The notes below the pieces were generated by a model. That model was not told the DNA's origin and ran no database searches. It saw only the letters and a list, made by a program, of their open reading frames with translations. Made by a program: the position numbers and the translations under genes. A stretch of 42,518 bases of DNA from the sequence record MF614100.1; one strand, given 5' to 3'. Shown one piece after another: positions 26,155 to 35,164 of this stretch; the stretch's first letter is position 1; every line of letters starts with the position of its first letter. The DNA is from Klebsiella phage vB_KpnS_IME279.

Positions 26155-27615
26155 TTAGCTTACGCGGACGCGCGCACGGGACAGCGTGGCAGGCGTAGCG
26201 CCTACGGTGCGGATCTTGAATCCAATCACGGTCCGGCAACGTCCGACCTTGTGCAAAATAACGCGTTTTAGCCACTGCTGCGGCGTGTTGTAGTCGATCA
26301 GGATCTCCTGTCCGAATACGCTCCCGTCCTCCGTGGCACTGATCCACATCCGGCTCGTTACGCTGTCGCCGCCCACGCTGGCGTCGATCTCGAAGTCGCT
26401 TAACATCATGCCCGTAAACGGCATCAGCGGCGTATAGAGGACGATCTCCTGGTCTGCCCCGTACTGCGCGCAAGTGGTCATATCAAACGCGCCCATGACC
26501 GCCAGCGTCTTGTCCCCGACCGTTACGCGGTTCCCCTCGTTAACGTAGTCGATCGCGCGGTGCGGTCCGCTGGCATTTTGTACGCCCGTTTTAATGATCG
26601 TCCAGACCGGGAGGCCCTGCGCCTGGCTAACCGGGTGATCGTAAACGAGCGTTTGATCCGGTAAGTGGACAATAAGCAATTTATGGCTTTCAAAGCTGAT
26701 CGCCTCCAGTCGCGTTTGTTGGAGCTGGGCCACGGTGTACCCGGCCAGAATCTTTTTAACCTGCACGGAGGCCAGATCAGACCAGTCGCCGCCGCCGGGG
26801 TTCATCAGCGCGATCGTGTACTCGCCCACGAAAGGCGACGTAAGAAATGCGAAGCTGTTCAGGTACTGGCATACGGTTTCACGGCCCAGCGTCCCGGCCT
26901 CGACGGTGTAGGAGGGCTGATTCGCGTAAACGTTCTGGGCGTCCCCGGTCAGGCCGAAAAACTCGATCGAGGCGGTCCCGAAACAAATCACGTAATCGCG
27001 CCACGCCCTGATCGCCACGATGCCGTCCGGCATGGACTCCGCACGATAGAACGGCGCGATCTTGTCCGGGTGGCTCTCGTCCTCCAGCGAGGAGATCCAG
27101 AAAGTGTCCGAATTTTTCACGCTGAAAATGTAGCGCTGGCGGAGGTGGCAAACATCGTTAATGTCGCCCCAGGTGAATTGCGGGTTGTTAACGCCAGTCC
27201 CGGAGTCCAGCGGCCAGTTACTAAACGTCTTGCGGGTCCCGTCGTAGCGGTAGAGTAAGAGCTGGTTTCCGGTCACGACGCCCTGAGAATCGCGGCTATG
27301 GGCCATAGGAGTACGATCCTCGCCGTTGACGTCGCCAACCTCCACGCCTGCGTTATACAGCTTGCCGCCCATTACCCTATAAGCGGAGTTCGAAACCGTG
27401 TTCCAGTCGGAGCCACGGGACAGGCCCGCCACGTCCGCGACTTTCTTAAGCCCCGGCATCATGCGCATATAGCCGTTACCGCCCTTAATCTGGCGAGCAA
27501 TGGCGAGCATGTTCTCCGGTAGCCGGGTGATCCAGTCGAAGTCCGTCCGGCTGCGGCCATCACCGAAAACGATCGGCAGGTTAACGACCTGCCCGCGTTG
27601 CGCATAAGCTCCCAT
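26155..27615 (-). CDS. Tail hub protein, gp10-like
   Basis: 486 aa. Its position between the gp4-like and gp26-like genes matches the P22 order. Confidence 0.65.
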   Translation of the reverse strand: MGAYAQRGQVVNLPIVFGDGRSRTDFDWITRLPENMLAIARQIKGGNGYMRMMPGLKKVADVAGLSRGSDWNTVSNSAYRVMGGKLYNAGVEVGDVNGEDRTPMAHSRDSQGVVTGNQLLLYRYDGTRKTFSNWPLDSGTGVNNPQFTWGDINDVCHLRQRYIFSVKNSDTFWISSLEDESHPDKIAPFYRAESMPDGIVAIRAWRDYVICFGTASIEFFGLTGDAQNVYANQPSYTVEAGTLGRETVCQYLNSFAFLTSPFVGEYTIALMNPGGGDWSDLASVQVKKILAGYTVAQLQQTRLEAISFESHKLLIVHLPDQTLVYDHPVSQAQGLPVWTIIKTGVQNASGPHRAIDYVNEGNRVTVGDKTLAVMGAFDMTTCAQYGADQEIVLYTPLMPFTGMMLSDFEIDASVGGDSVTSRMWISATEDGSVFGQEILIDYNTPQQWLKRVILHKVGRCRTVIGFKIRTVGATPATLSRARVRVS

Positions 27616-27624
27616 GCTCGCCCC

Positions 27625-28080
27625 TTAGTTGGCCGTGTCGTCGTCGTAAAAGCGGCTATGCGCCCAGGTCGATTGATTCCCCGCTCCGGTCGGCATGTCG
27701 TTACGGCGTTTGAGCGTCGGCACTTCGTAGAATGCCACCTTAATGTCGTCCCATTTCTCCTTAAGGAGCGCCCGGACGTCTGCGGGGAGTTCCATCTGGT
27801 TATCGATCAGCATCCTTTGTGCCATCTTGAGCGCGATCGCCTCCAGCGTCCACAGCTCCAGACCGGAGTCCTCGTTACCATCGGGGATCCCGTCGGAGTT
27901 GGTGGTGAAGATGTACGGAAAATTCAGGTTATCCTTGATACACTCCGCCATAAAAGCCTCTAAATCAGTCAGCCCGTCAACGACGGACTGCTGATCGGCA
28001 ATTAGGAGGGTTGCAGTCGAGGACAGGCCCGCACGGCGTAACGCCTGGTTAACGATCCTGATCTTCTGCAACGTCGCCAT
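27625..28080 (-). CDS. Head-to-tail adaptor, P22 gp4-like
   Basis: IRIVNQALRRAGLSSTATLL...DGLTDLEAFMAEC and DMPTGAGNQ align with gp4 LVRAALRKLGVASDATL...DAVDDLEAMMAEW and RMPTGSGNS. Confidence 0.75.
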   Translation of the reverse strand: MATLQKIRIVNQALRRAGLSSTATLLIADQQSVVDGLTDLEAFMAECIKDNLNFPYIFTTNSDGIPDGNEDSGLELWTLEAIALKMAQRMLIDNQMELPADVRALLKEKWDDIKVAFYEVPTLKRRNDMPTGAGNQSTWAHSRFYDDDTAN

Positions 28081-28628
28081 TATTTTTTCCCTTTCGCCTT
28101 AGTGTCCACTTTCTGGCCGTCTACTTTCTGGCCGTCTTTTTTGCCGTCGTCCGCTTTGGCGTCGTCCTTCGGCTCGTCTTTCTTCGGCTCCACTTTCACG
28201 CCGTCCGGCTGTTCAGAAGCGACGATCGTCTCCCCTTCGGTGTGGACCTGATCGCCCACCAGTTTCTCGTCCTCCGGGGTCGGTGCTGCGGCTGCGGGGA
28301 CGACCTGAGCCTGGCCCTCTGCCACCTGCACGGCGTCCAGTTTAAGGCGTTGCTCCTCGATCTCCTGCTCCGCCTGGGTGGATTTCTGTTCGCGGCTGGC
28401 GCGCTCGGCTTCCTTCTGCTTCGCCTCCTCGATCGCTTCGTCCAGGATGTGGATCTTGTTCGGGTGATCCACCCAGAGGCCGGACTCCAGACGCTTTTCG
28501 GCTTCCAGCGCCGGGAAAATAGCATAGTGGACGAGGTGCGGACCGCAACGGACGGCAGTCAGGCGGATCGCTTCGGTGATGATGTTCGGGCGGGTGTAGA
28601 TCATTTGTTCGTAGGACATTGGAGACAC
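28080..28628 (-). CDS. Unknown protein with a folded N-domain and a Lys/Asp/Glu-rich disordered tail, inserted between the coat and adaptor genes
   Basis: SD GAGGAG. C-terminal KKDEPKDDAKADDGKKDGQKVDGQKVDTKAKGKK. No P22 counterpart at this position. Confidence 0.6.
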   Translation of the reverse strand: MSPMSYEQMIYTRPNIITEAIRLTAVRCGPHLVHYAIFPALEAEKRLESGLWVDHPNKIHILDEAIEEAKQKEAERASREQKSTQAEQEIEEQRLKLDAVQVAEGQAQVVPAAAAPTPEDEKLVGDQVHTEGETIVASEQPDGVKVEPKKDEPKDDAKADDGKKDGQKVDGQKVDTKAKGKK

Positions 28629-28661
28629 TCCTCTGGTTAGTTAACGGGACAAGTATAAGCG

Positions 28662-28690
28662 AAAAAAAAGGGGCCACAAAGGCCCCCTTT
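28662..28690 (-). terminator. Rho-independent terminator after the coat gene
   Basis: The minus strand reads GGGGCC-TTTGT-GGCCCC followed by T8. Confidence 0.75.
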
Positions 28691-28709
28691 CTCATATTGC
28701 CGCGCCAGC

Positions 28710-29987
28710 TTACGCGGGCTGCTTCGGCAGTAACAGCCCCACATATTCCGGGACCAGTACGGACACGCCGTAAAGCGTGGTAAAACGAGCCGTACACACG
28801 CCCGCGATGTGGTTGAAGTCCCAGGACATGATCAGGGTAGCGCCGTTCTTCGTGCGGCTACGCATGACTTTAGGCCCCATGTCGGACGGGAATGCCAGGT
28901 TGCCGAACATGAGTTCTACGGAGCCGTCGGCCCATGCCAGGTTTCCGTTAGCGGCCACTTTGTTGATCACGGTGATAGCCGCGCCGCTTGCTGCGTTGGC
29001 GTCAACGTTAGCATACGGACGAGACGGCAGATCCGCGTTATTGACCGGGAGGATCTGCGGGGTGATCGTGATGTTGTTGCCGGAAACGTCCAGGACGCGG
29101 AACGTCTGGAGCTGGTCGGTCGTGTCCTTGCTGATCATATGGACGGAGTGAACGCCCGCGATCGTGAACGCGTCGCCCGTTTCCAGACCGTGACCAGCGG
29201 AAACGGCGATGATGCCCTGGCGGTTATCGATCGGGACGTCGTTCGCGTTTTTGGACTGGACTTTGTGCGCCGGGGCTGCGGTCAGGGTGATCGCGCCAGT
29301 CGGGCCAGCGCCTACGCGCGGAGCCAGATCGACCTTATACGCGTCAAAGCTCGCGATATCCGGGATTTTCGCCTTTTCGAAAGCGCTCTGGTTGATGCCT
29401 GCGGAGTACGCACGGCCCGCCAGCTCGCCCGCGATATCTTTGTAAGAGAACGGCTCTACAAAGGCGCGGCGAGGGACGCCCATCGGGATCCCGATAGAGG
29501 TCATTTTCGCGTCCAGGGTCGCGAAACCGTTCCACAGGTCTTTACCCAGCGTACCCGTAGAGTTATCGCCTACGGTTGCGACCTGAGTCGCGTAACGGCC
29601 TGCGGTGTTCGCCACGTCAGAATCGATCTGAGCGGCCAGACGCAGGGCAGCGGCGCGGCCCATTTCTTTCATGTACTCCGGGCGACGCATTTCGCGCGCG
29701 TCCAGTTTCCACAGGACGTTCTGAGGCTCTTTGAACGCAGACGGGACCAGACGCTCCACGATATCGGTCGGCTGTTTGGAGGTCAGATCCAGACCTTCGA
29801 CGATATCAGCGTGGTAACGCTGCGGGCGATAGATGACGTCACCTGCTTTCTGCATGGTTTCATCATCCGGGCGGTATTTGGAGGCGTTGTTAGACATTAC
29901 GCAGGCAGCGTCAAAGCTCTCTACGTACTCCTCCCACATAATTTCTACTTGCTTTGCTACCTGGTTAGCCATTCTCTGTTTCTCCAA
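28710..29987 (-). CDS. Major capsid (coat) protein, P22 gp5-like
   Basis: 425 aa. C-terminus GNLAFPSDMGPKVMRSRTKNGATLI...GVCTARFTTLYGVSV parallels the P22 coat C-terminus. Preceded by the scaffold gene. Confidence 0.9.
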   Translation of the reverse strand: MEKQRMANQVAKQVEIMWEEYVESFDAACVMSNNASKYRPDDETMQKAGDVIYRPQRYHADIVEGLDLTSKQPTDIVERLVPSAFKEPQNVLWKLDAREMRRPEYMKEMGRAAALRLAAQIDSDVANTAGRYATQVATVGDNSTGTLGKDLWNGFATLDAKMTSIGIPMGVPRRAFVEPFSYKDIAGELAGRAYSAGINQSAFEKAKIPDIASFDAYKVDLAPRVGAGPTGAITLTAAPAHKVQSKNANDVPIDNRQGIIAVSAGHGLETGDAFTIAGVHSVHMISKDTTDQLQTFRVLDVSGNNITITPQILPVNNADLPSRPYANVDANAASGAAITVINKVAANGNLAWADGSVELMFGNLAFPSDMGPKVMRSRTKNGATLIMSWDFNHIAGVCTARFTTLYGVSVLVPEYVGLLLPKQPA

Positions 29988-30005
29988 CCGATGGGCGAAT
30001 AGGGT

Positions 30006-30974
30006 TTAGTCTTTCTTCTCTAACTTTGCTTTCAGCTCAAAATATGCGTCCCAGTTGCCGGAGCTGCGCGCTTTTTCCTTCGCTGCTTCGAGCTGGCCGA
30101 TATTTTTAGCGCCGCCGTTGCCTTTCACCTGCGGAGCGCCGTTAACGTCTTTCTTCGCTCTCGGCGCGGTCCCTGCTCGGCGATCAATGTCGGCGATCAG
30201 GTAGCCCAGGCGAATATGGTCGTTATTATAGGCGTCCTCGATCTCTTGTCGCAATTTTTCGTTACGCGCAAGAGCCATAACGGTAAGGGTAGGCTTTTGA
30301 CTGTTCAGAAGCAAAGCGGCTTGCAGCGGCTCCGGCAGGGACGACACGATCTCCTCTGCCTGCTCATAGCCTGCGAATTTCTTCACGGCCACGGCGCGAT
30401 CCTGCTTGTACACTTCGCCGCGCTCCTGGATACGCGTCTGGAATTGCTCGGCCTTAGCCTGCTGGGTTTTCTGGTGAGCTTCGGCCTCGGCCTTTTGCTC
30501 ATACCATTTGTCCATCGCCTCGGCCAGTTTGCCCTCGTCCCAGTCGATCCCCTCGTCGCCTAACTGCGGCTTAGGCGGCAGATTGTCGAGACTGGTCGCG
30601 GGCTTGTGTTCGGTCTGGGTGGATTTCTGTTTGAGCTGGCGGGACTGCTCGCGGAGCTGCGCGCGTAATTTCTTCACCAGCTCGGAGTCGTTCGCGCCGT
30701 CCTCTACCTCGTCAGGATCCGCCAGGGGCTGGCCGTCGAAGGTAAACTCCTCTCCCTCGTCCTCGCCGTTCGGATCGTCGGTGGTGGTGCGCTGGCGCTC
30801 CGGGTTGTCGTCGTCGTTCGGATCACCTTCGCCGCGCTCGCCATTGTCGCCAGGATCGGAGTCGTCGGTGGTGGTTTCTGCGGTCTGTTCAGCCGCTCCG
30901 CCGCCAGCGTCGCCGCCCTGAGTGCCGTCGTCAAAGGCTGCGTAGTATTTTAACCATGCGTTACGAAATTTCAT
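30006..30974 (-). CDS. Scaffolding protein, with an unusually acidic low-complexity N-terminal 100 aa
   Basis: Highly charged helical protein immediately upstream of the coat gene. Asp/Glu/Gly-rich N-terminus. Confidence 0.65.
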   Translation of the reverse strand: MKFRNAWLKYYAAFDDGTQGGDAGGGAAEQTAETTTDDSDPGDNGERGEGDPNDDDNPERQRTTTDDPNGEDEGEEFTFDGQPLADPDEVEDGANDSELVKKLRAQLREQSRQLKQKSTQTEHKPATSLDNLPPKPQLGDEGIDWDEGKLAEAMDKWYEQKAEAEAHQKTQQAKAEQFQTRIQERGEVYKQDRAVAVKKFAGYEQAEEIVSSLPEPLQAALLLNSQKPTLTVMALARNEKLRQEIEDAYNNDHIRLGYLIADIDRRAGTAPRAKKDVNGAPQVKGNGGAKNIGQLEAAKEKARSSGNWDAYFELKAKLEKKD

Positions 30975-31115
30975 TGTAGATCCCCGTTTTGTTGCATACG
31001 CGATGTATTTCGCCCATCGGTGGCGGGGATAAGTGTAAGAGAAGTTTTACATCATATGCAAGGGGGAAAGGTTTAAGGCCGATCCCCCCAGAGGTGGCGG
31101 GCTAATTTGTGGCTA

Positions 31116-31586
31116 TCAGAAAGGGATATCAAGCGGCTTGTCGTTGTTGGCCGGAGGAACGATCTCGGCGTCCTCCACGTCCTCCGCTTTGCGCGGGTTC
31201 ACTTCGCGAGCTGCGTCCGCTGCGGCCACAAAATCGCCCTCCAGCGGCCCCTTGTAGGTCAGTTGTTTAATGCTGGCGATATCTGCGAGGAGCTTCGACT
31301 CTGCCACCACGAAGTCGGCGCGGAGTTTCTGGAGTCCGGCTTCCATGATCGGGAGGCTGATCTCTGCCTGCTCCTCGGCGGTCGGCATGGTGTAATCAAT
31401 ATCGATCTCGATCTCTTTTAACAAGACGTAAGCCGCATTTTTGCCGCCTGAATTAATATGCTCCTGGACGCCCCAGATCGCGCCGTAATCGTAACTTTCC
31501 ACGGACACGGATCCGCGCTTGTCGCCGCCCTGGCTACCTTCGGCCACGCAAAGGCAAACGTACATTGTTTTTTTGATAGTTGGCAT
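31116..31586 (-). CDS. Hcp (T6SS tube protein)-like protein with a C-terminal acidic tail ending DIPF
   Basis: MYVCLCVAEGSQGGDKRGSVSVESYDYGAIWGVQEH ... LKEIEIDIDYTMPT matches the Hcp pattern Y..I.G..G.S...IKGS..V....W.G.SQ ... K.ID..TP. The last residues, KPLDIPF, were checked codon by codon. SD AGAGGA. Confidence 0.6.
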   Translation of the reverse strand: MPTIKKTMYVCLCVAEGSQGGDKRGSVSVESYDYGAIWGVQEHINSGGKNAAYVLLKEIEIDIDYTMPTAEEQAEISLPIMEAGLQKLRADFVVAESKLLADIASIKQLTYKGPLEGDFVAAADAAREVNPRKAEDVEDAEIVPPANNDKPLDIPF

Positions 31587-31610
31587 TGTCTCTTATCCTC
31601 TTTGGGGTGG

Positions 31611-31628
31611 GGCGGGACGATGCCCGCC
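31611..31628 (-). other. Intercistronic GC hairpin GGCGGG-N6-CCCGCC followed by CCACCCC before the start codon
   Basis: Member of the recurring hairpin-plus-motif family (see findings). Confidence 0.45.
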
Positions 31629-31635
31629 GCCGGGG

Positions 31636-32052
31636 TTATTTGTTGCGAGCGCCGATCATGCCCTGCCACATGAAAACGACGGTATCAGATAACAGCTCTT
31701 TGGCCTCCTCCTCGCTCATTTGCTCGTAGAGGCTATCGAGCGCGCCGGGTAGCTGCTCCCATAGTGCCTTTTGCCCTTCCTCCACCTGCGCCGCCGTCGG
31801 CTGGAGCTGGACCTCGATCGGGGAGGGTTCAGTGTCGCCGGACTTGACGCGGGGGTGAGCGTTAGCCATGAGGGACTCGGCCTGCATACCCACCAGCGCG
31901 AACGCCGTCGCCAGTGCCGCCAGATCCTCCTCGGTCGGCTGCTGGATAAACATCTGGGCCAGGCGGGCCTCCATAGTGCGGACCTTATCGCCGATCCCGT
32001 TCTCGTCGCACTCGGCCAGAATGATCGCGCGCGCTGCTTTTACTTGATCCAT
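31636..32052 (-). CDS. Hypothetical all-helical acidic protein, 138 aa
   Basis: ORF in the portal-scaffold insertion. Confidence 0.6.
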   Translation of the reverse strand: MDQVKAARAIILAECDENGIGDKVRTMEARLAQMFIQQPTEEDLAALATAFALVGMQAESLMANAHPRVKSGDTEPSPIEVQLQPTAAQVEEGQKALWEQLPGALDSLYEQMSEEEAKELLSDTVVFMWQGMIGARNK

Positions 32053-32054
32053 TG

Positions 32055-32327
32055 TTAACTCCTGATAATTTCGAATGCTTGCACCTGGTTAGTGCGATAA
32101 CTGCCATGATTGCAGGCGTAACCGTCTTTGCTGTCCGGGCCATCAGTCCAGAGATCCTCATCACAAAGCGGGGTAAAGTGTCCGGCTTCTCGGTGAGCGC
32201 TATCCTTAAAAAATCCCAGGGTATAGCGATAAATCTCCAGGGTGTACTCCTCCACCTCGTAGCCAGTACCCCACCACATAGGGCGGATCCATCTTATCCG
32301 ATCGCCTGGTTTTGGTTCGTTACCCAT
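32055..32327 (-). CDS. Hypothetical protein, about 90 aa, with His/Cys residues
   Basis: ORF 32055-32456. Preferred start is MGNEPKPGD, with SD GAGGAG. Confidence 0.5.
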   Translation of the reverse strand: MGNEPKPGDRIRWIRPMWWGTGYEVEEYTLEIYRYTLGFFKDSAHREAGHFTPLCDEDLWTDGPDSKDGYACNHGSYRTNQVQAFEIIRS

Positions 32328-32348
32328 AAGCTCCTCTCGTCGGTGAAT

Positions 32349-32366
32349 GCCCCGGCGGTCCGGGGC
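32349..32366 (-). other. Intercistronic GC hairpin GCCCCGG-N4-CCGGGGC followed by ATTCACCGACGAGAGG
   Basis: Recurring element (see findings). Confidence 0.5.
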
Positions 32367-32373
32367 GTTGTGG

Positions 32374-32811
32374 TTATGCGTTGCCCTGCGCCTGAGCGGC
32401 CAGGAGCTGGATAATCGGCTCCACGTCGGCCTCCGCCGCCGGGATAGGCAGGTCAACCACGCCGCGCGGGTTGCCTCTGGAAATGTGGAATTTCCAGATC
32501 GCCATCACGTCGTCCAGCGAGTAGCCCGCCAGGATCTCTTCGTGGATCTTCTGCGCGCCGTTGGTTTCGTTAAACTCCAGGACCTGATCAACGGTCGGCA
32601 TCTGGTTCCCGAATTTCGCCATTGTGCGGGCCATGACGACCACGCCGACGCCACGGGACAGGAAGGTGTTACCCTGCTCGCCGCCGGAAACCATCACGGC
32701 GATCTCCGGCTCGTCGGTGTTCGGGTGGTAGGCAAGGGCGAGGGTAACGAAGCCGCCGCGCGGGGTGACTTCGAAAACGCGAGCTGCTTGGGTGGTGGTG
32801 ATCTCTTTCAT
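32374..32811 (-). CDS. Hypothetical protein, 145 aa
   Basis: SD GAGAGAGGA. First gene after the portal terminator. Confidence 0.6.
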   Translation of the reverse strand: MKEITTTQAARVFEVTPRGGFVTLALAYHPNTDEPEIAVMVSGGEQGNTFLSRGVGVVVMARTMAKFGNQMPTVDQVLEFNETNGAQKIHEEILAGYSLDDVMAIWKFHISRGNPRGVVDLPIPAAEADVEPIIQLLAAQAQGNA

Positions 32812-32849
32812 GGTGTCCTCTCTCAGTTAATCACGATAGCGTGATGTTG

Positions 32850-32881
32850 TGTGAGAAAGAATAGCCCGGACGTACCGGGCT
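32850..32881 (-). terminator. Probable (partial) terminator after the portal gene
   Basis: AGCCCGG-TACGT-CCGGGCT followed by ATTCTTTCTC on the minus strand. Confidence 0.5.
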
Positions 32882-32912
32882 GTAAAGTGTTTTTTTACTG
32901 CTTTCGTTAAAA

Positions 32913-35147
32913 TTATTGTGCGGCACGTTCCAGGGTGCTGTCGGCCTGCTGCTGCGCCTGGCGCTCGGCCAGTTGCTGCGCTGCGCGGTCGCTCTGGATC
33001 TGGTGGCCCTGCCCGACGGATTTCAGGAACAAGTCGGCCTGTTTGTGCGCGTCCTGGCTCTGGGCCGTGACGTACTTCTGGAGGATGGCAACGGCGGCCA
33101 TTAGCTGATCCTGCGGGATAGCTGCGGCCTCGGCCATCGTCTTGACGGTCTGCGCCTGCTTGAGCTGGCCGTCTGCCTGCGTCCCCTGCGCCTTGAGCTG
33201 CAATTCTAAACGCTTGTTGTCCTGCTCCATAACGGCGGCCTTGCCCTGGTCTGCCACGCCCTGCGCTGCGACCATCTGCGCGTCCGGCTGGTCCTGCTGG
33301 CTCTGCTGGGCCTGCGCTACCATCTGTTTTTCCTCGTCCGTCTGCGGCTTCACAATGCCGGAGAGTAAGAGCTGGTTGCGGGTGTACTCTTTGAAGTCCT
33401 GGAGGCCCTCGCCGTCCATGTTCGCGATGATCAGGCTCATGACGATCGTCGCGTTAGGGTCGCCCGGTTGCATGGTCGCTAACAGGTTAGTCAGGCTGCG
33501 GACAGTCTGCTGGCGTCGCGTCTGGGAGGACTCGCCGACGTCGGCCACGATCTCATATTTGCCGCGCTTGAGGTCGTTAATCGCGATCACTTCCTTCGTC
33601 TCGCGATCGACAACCTTCCCGGTCATTAATACGAGGTCGTCGCTCCCGTCCTCCTGCTGGATCCTCACGTAAGACTCGGAGCCGTAAACCTTGCGAGCGG
33701 CGGACAGGTAGACGCGGCCACAATGGCGCAACGTCTTAGCCAGGTTGTCCATGTAGAGCGCGCCCTGGCCGTCCATGCGCGCGAAAATTGCCTCCACGGT
33801 TTCAGTCGCCAGATTCGACGGCAGCGCTTCGAGCTGGGAGGATCCGACAATCTGCTGGATAGTCGCCCCGGTGTACTGGAGAACGGCAGCGAGCGCCGGA
33901 GAGAGCGGAGTCGCCGGAGTATAGCCCAGCGGTCCGGCCTGCTGGACGACCTCACCAGACGCATTACGGAGCGATTTAGCGGGCAGGTATGCGGGGCGCT
34001 TCGTGTTTCGATCCCCCCAGGCGTTGGCGAGATTTCCGGGGATCATGTCGATATCCATGATCGGGATGTTGTCGCCGCCTGCCTGCGCGGCCTGGTCGGC
34101 CATCATGGACACGATCAGGTTTTCCAGACGCTGGGCGTCCATCGCGAGCGTGGCGTGGCCCATCACGCGCTCCTGGTTGTCGATAAACGAGCGGCGCGCG
34201 TTGAAGATAAAGACCGGGATCCATTCGAACGGGATCAGCTTCGGCTCCTCGATCCACTCCCCGCCGGAAAACAGACCGCAATAGACCTTACGACGTTTGA
34301 CACGGCGATCCTTGAGCTTTTTCCAGCCTGCGGCCTTAAGCTCGTCGAAAACCTGCTCCATGTCGTCCTCGTCGTAAACCTCCGTTTCCCCGGTGAGCGG
34401 GTTCTGGTAGGAGATCACGGTGGTGTCCTCGATCTTCACCTCGTAGTAACGGGCGATATAAATCGCGTCTTTAGAGGCCCAGTCAAACCATTTGCCCGTG
34501 TTCAGCTCCATGAGGTCCTCCGGGGCCATCGCGTCCGGGTAACGCTCCTCGTACTTCTCCGGGGTCATGCTGAATAGCTCGGCCATCCACATAGCATCAC
34601 TGCGATCGTACATTTTGGAGTCAGGATCGACAAAGAGGCACGAGGCCGGATCGTAGATCGGGTAAAAGACGATATGACGCTCCTCATTGTCGGGATCAAA
34701 TTCGTCCTCCAGCTCCGTGTCCATGCGAAACGCGCCCATCCCGCCGTCGATGCCGTCGCCGTAAGTGTTATCGACGGACTCCGGCCCGTTGCTCTCGTTG
34801 TAGTCGGCGCGGAATTTGCCGTTTAGCTTGTCGGCCAGCTCCTCGGATGCCTTTTCGTCCTTCGGACGGAATACCACGGAGACACGGTTAAGGCGGTAAT
34901 CGGTGATCAGGCGGTCGCACTCGCGGGCCACTTTGTTAAGTTCGAATCGAGGGTATTTCTCGAATCGTTCATCATCCATCGCAAAGCCGGAGTTGGTCGA
35001 TCCTTCCCACTGCGCGCCCGGAATACGGACAAAGCGCTGGGTTTCGATCATTTTCTTGCGGCTTTGCTCCTCGCTGGCGATCGTCTGGCTCAGGCGCTTG
35101 CGCGCCGTCTCATGCCAGTTCTGGGCCGATTTGGTGACTCGTGCCAT
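32913..35147 (-). CDS. Portal protein, P22 gp1-like with a C-terminal Gln-rich barrel region
   Basis: LKDRRVKRRKVYCGLFSGGEWIEEPKLIPFEWIPV aligns with P22 IAERQIKRRRVYKSI...GEHIPIVPVFGEW. The C-terminus is Gln/Ala-rich, as in the P22 portal barrel. Confidence 0.9.
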   Translation of the reverse strand: MARVTKSAQNWHETARKRLSQTIASEEQSRKKMIETQRFVRIPGAQWEGSTNSGFAMDDERFEKYPRFELNKVARECDRLITDYRLNRVSVVFRPKDEKASEELADKLNGKFRADYNESNGPESVDNTYGDGIDGGMGAFRMDTELEDEFDPDNEERHIVFYPIYDPASCLFVDPDSKMYDRSDAMWMAELFSMTPEKYEERYPDAMAPEDLMELNTGKWFDWASKDAIYIARYYEVKIEDTTVISYQNPLTGETEVYDEDDMEQVFDELKAAGWKKLKDRRVKRRKVYCGLFSGGEWIEEPKLIPFEWIPVFIFNARRSFIDNQERVMGHATLAMDAQRLENLIVSMMADQAAQAGGDNIPIMDIDMIPGNLANAWGDRNTKRPAYLPAKSLRNASGEVVQQAGPLGYTPATPLSPALAAVLQYTGATIQQIVGSSQLEALPSNLATETVEAIFARMDGQGALYMDNLAKTLRHCGRVYLSAARKVYGSESYVRIQQEDGSDDLVLMTGKVVDRETKEVIAINDLKRGKYEIVADVGESSQTRRQQTVRSLTNLLATMQPGDPNATIVMSLIIANMDGEGLQDFKEYTRNQLLLSGIVKPQTDEEKQMVAQAQQSQQDQPDAQMVAAQGVADQGKAAVMEQDNKRLELQLKAQGTQADGQLKQAQTVKTMAEAAAIPQDQLMAAVAILQKYVTAQSQDAHKQADLFLKSVGQGHQIQSDRAAQQLAERQAQQQADSTLERAAQ

Positions 35148-35164
35148 TGTGTTCTCCGTGGGTG

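Noticed and set aside
32055-32456. 133-aa version of the 90-aa gene; likewise the long N-terminal extensions of the ORFs at 39775-40173, 41179-41685, 41546-41875 and 42075-42371
   Set aside because: The extensions are Arg/Ser-rich, run through intercistronic hairpins and lack an SD. Internal ATGs with good SDs give compact proteins that abut the upstream stops.
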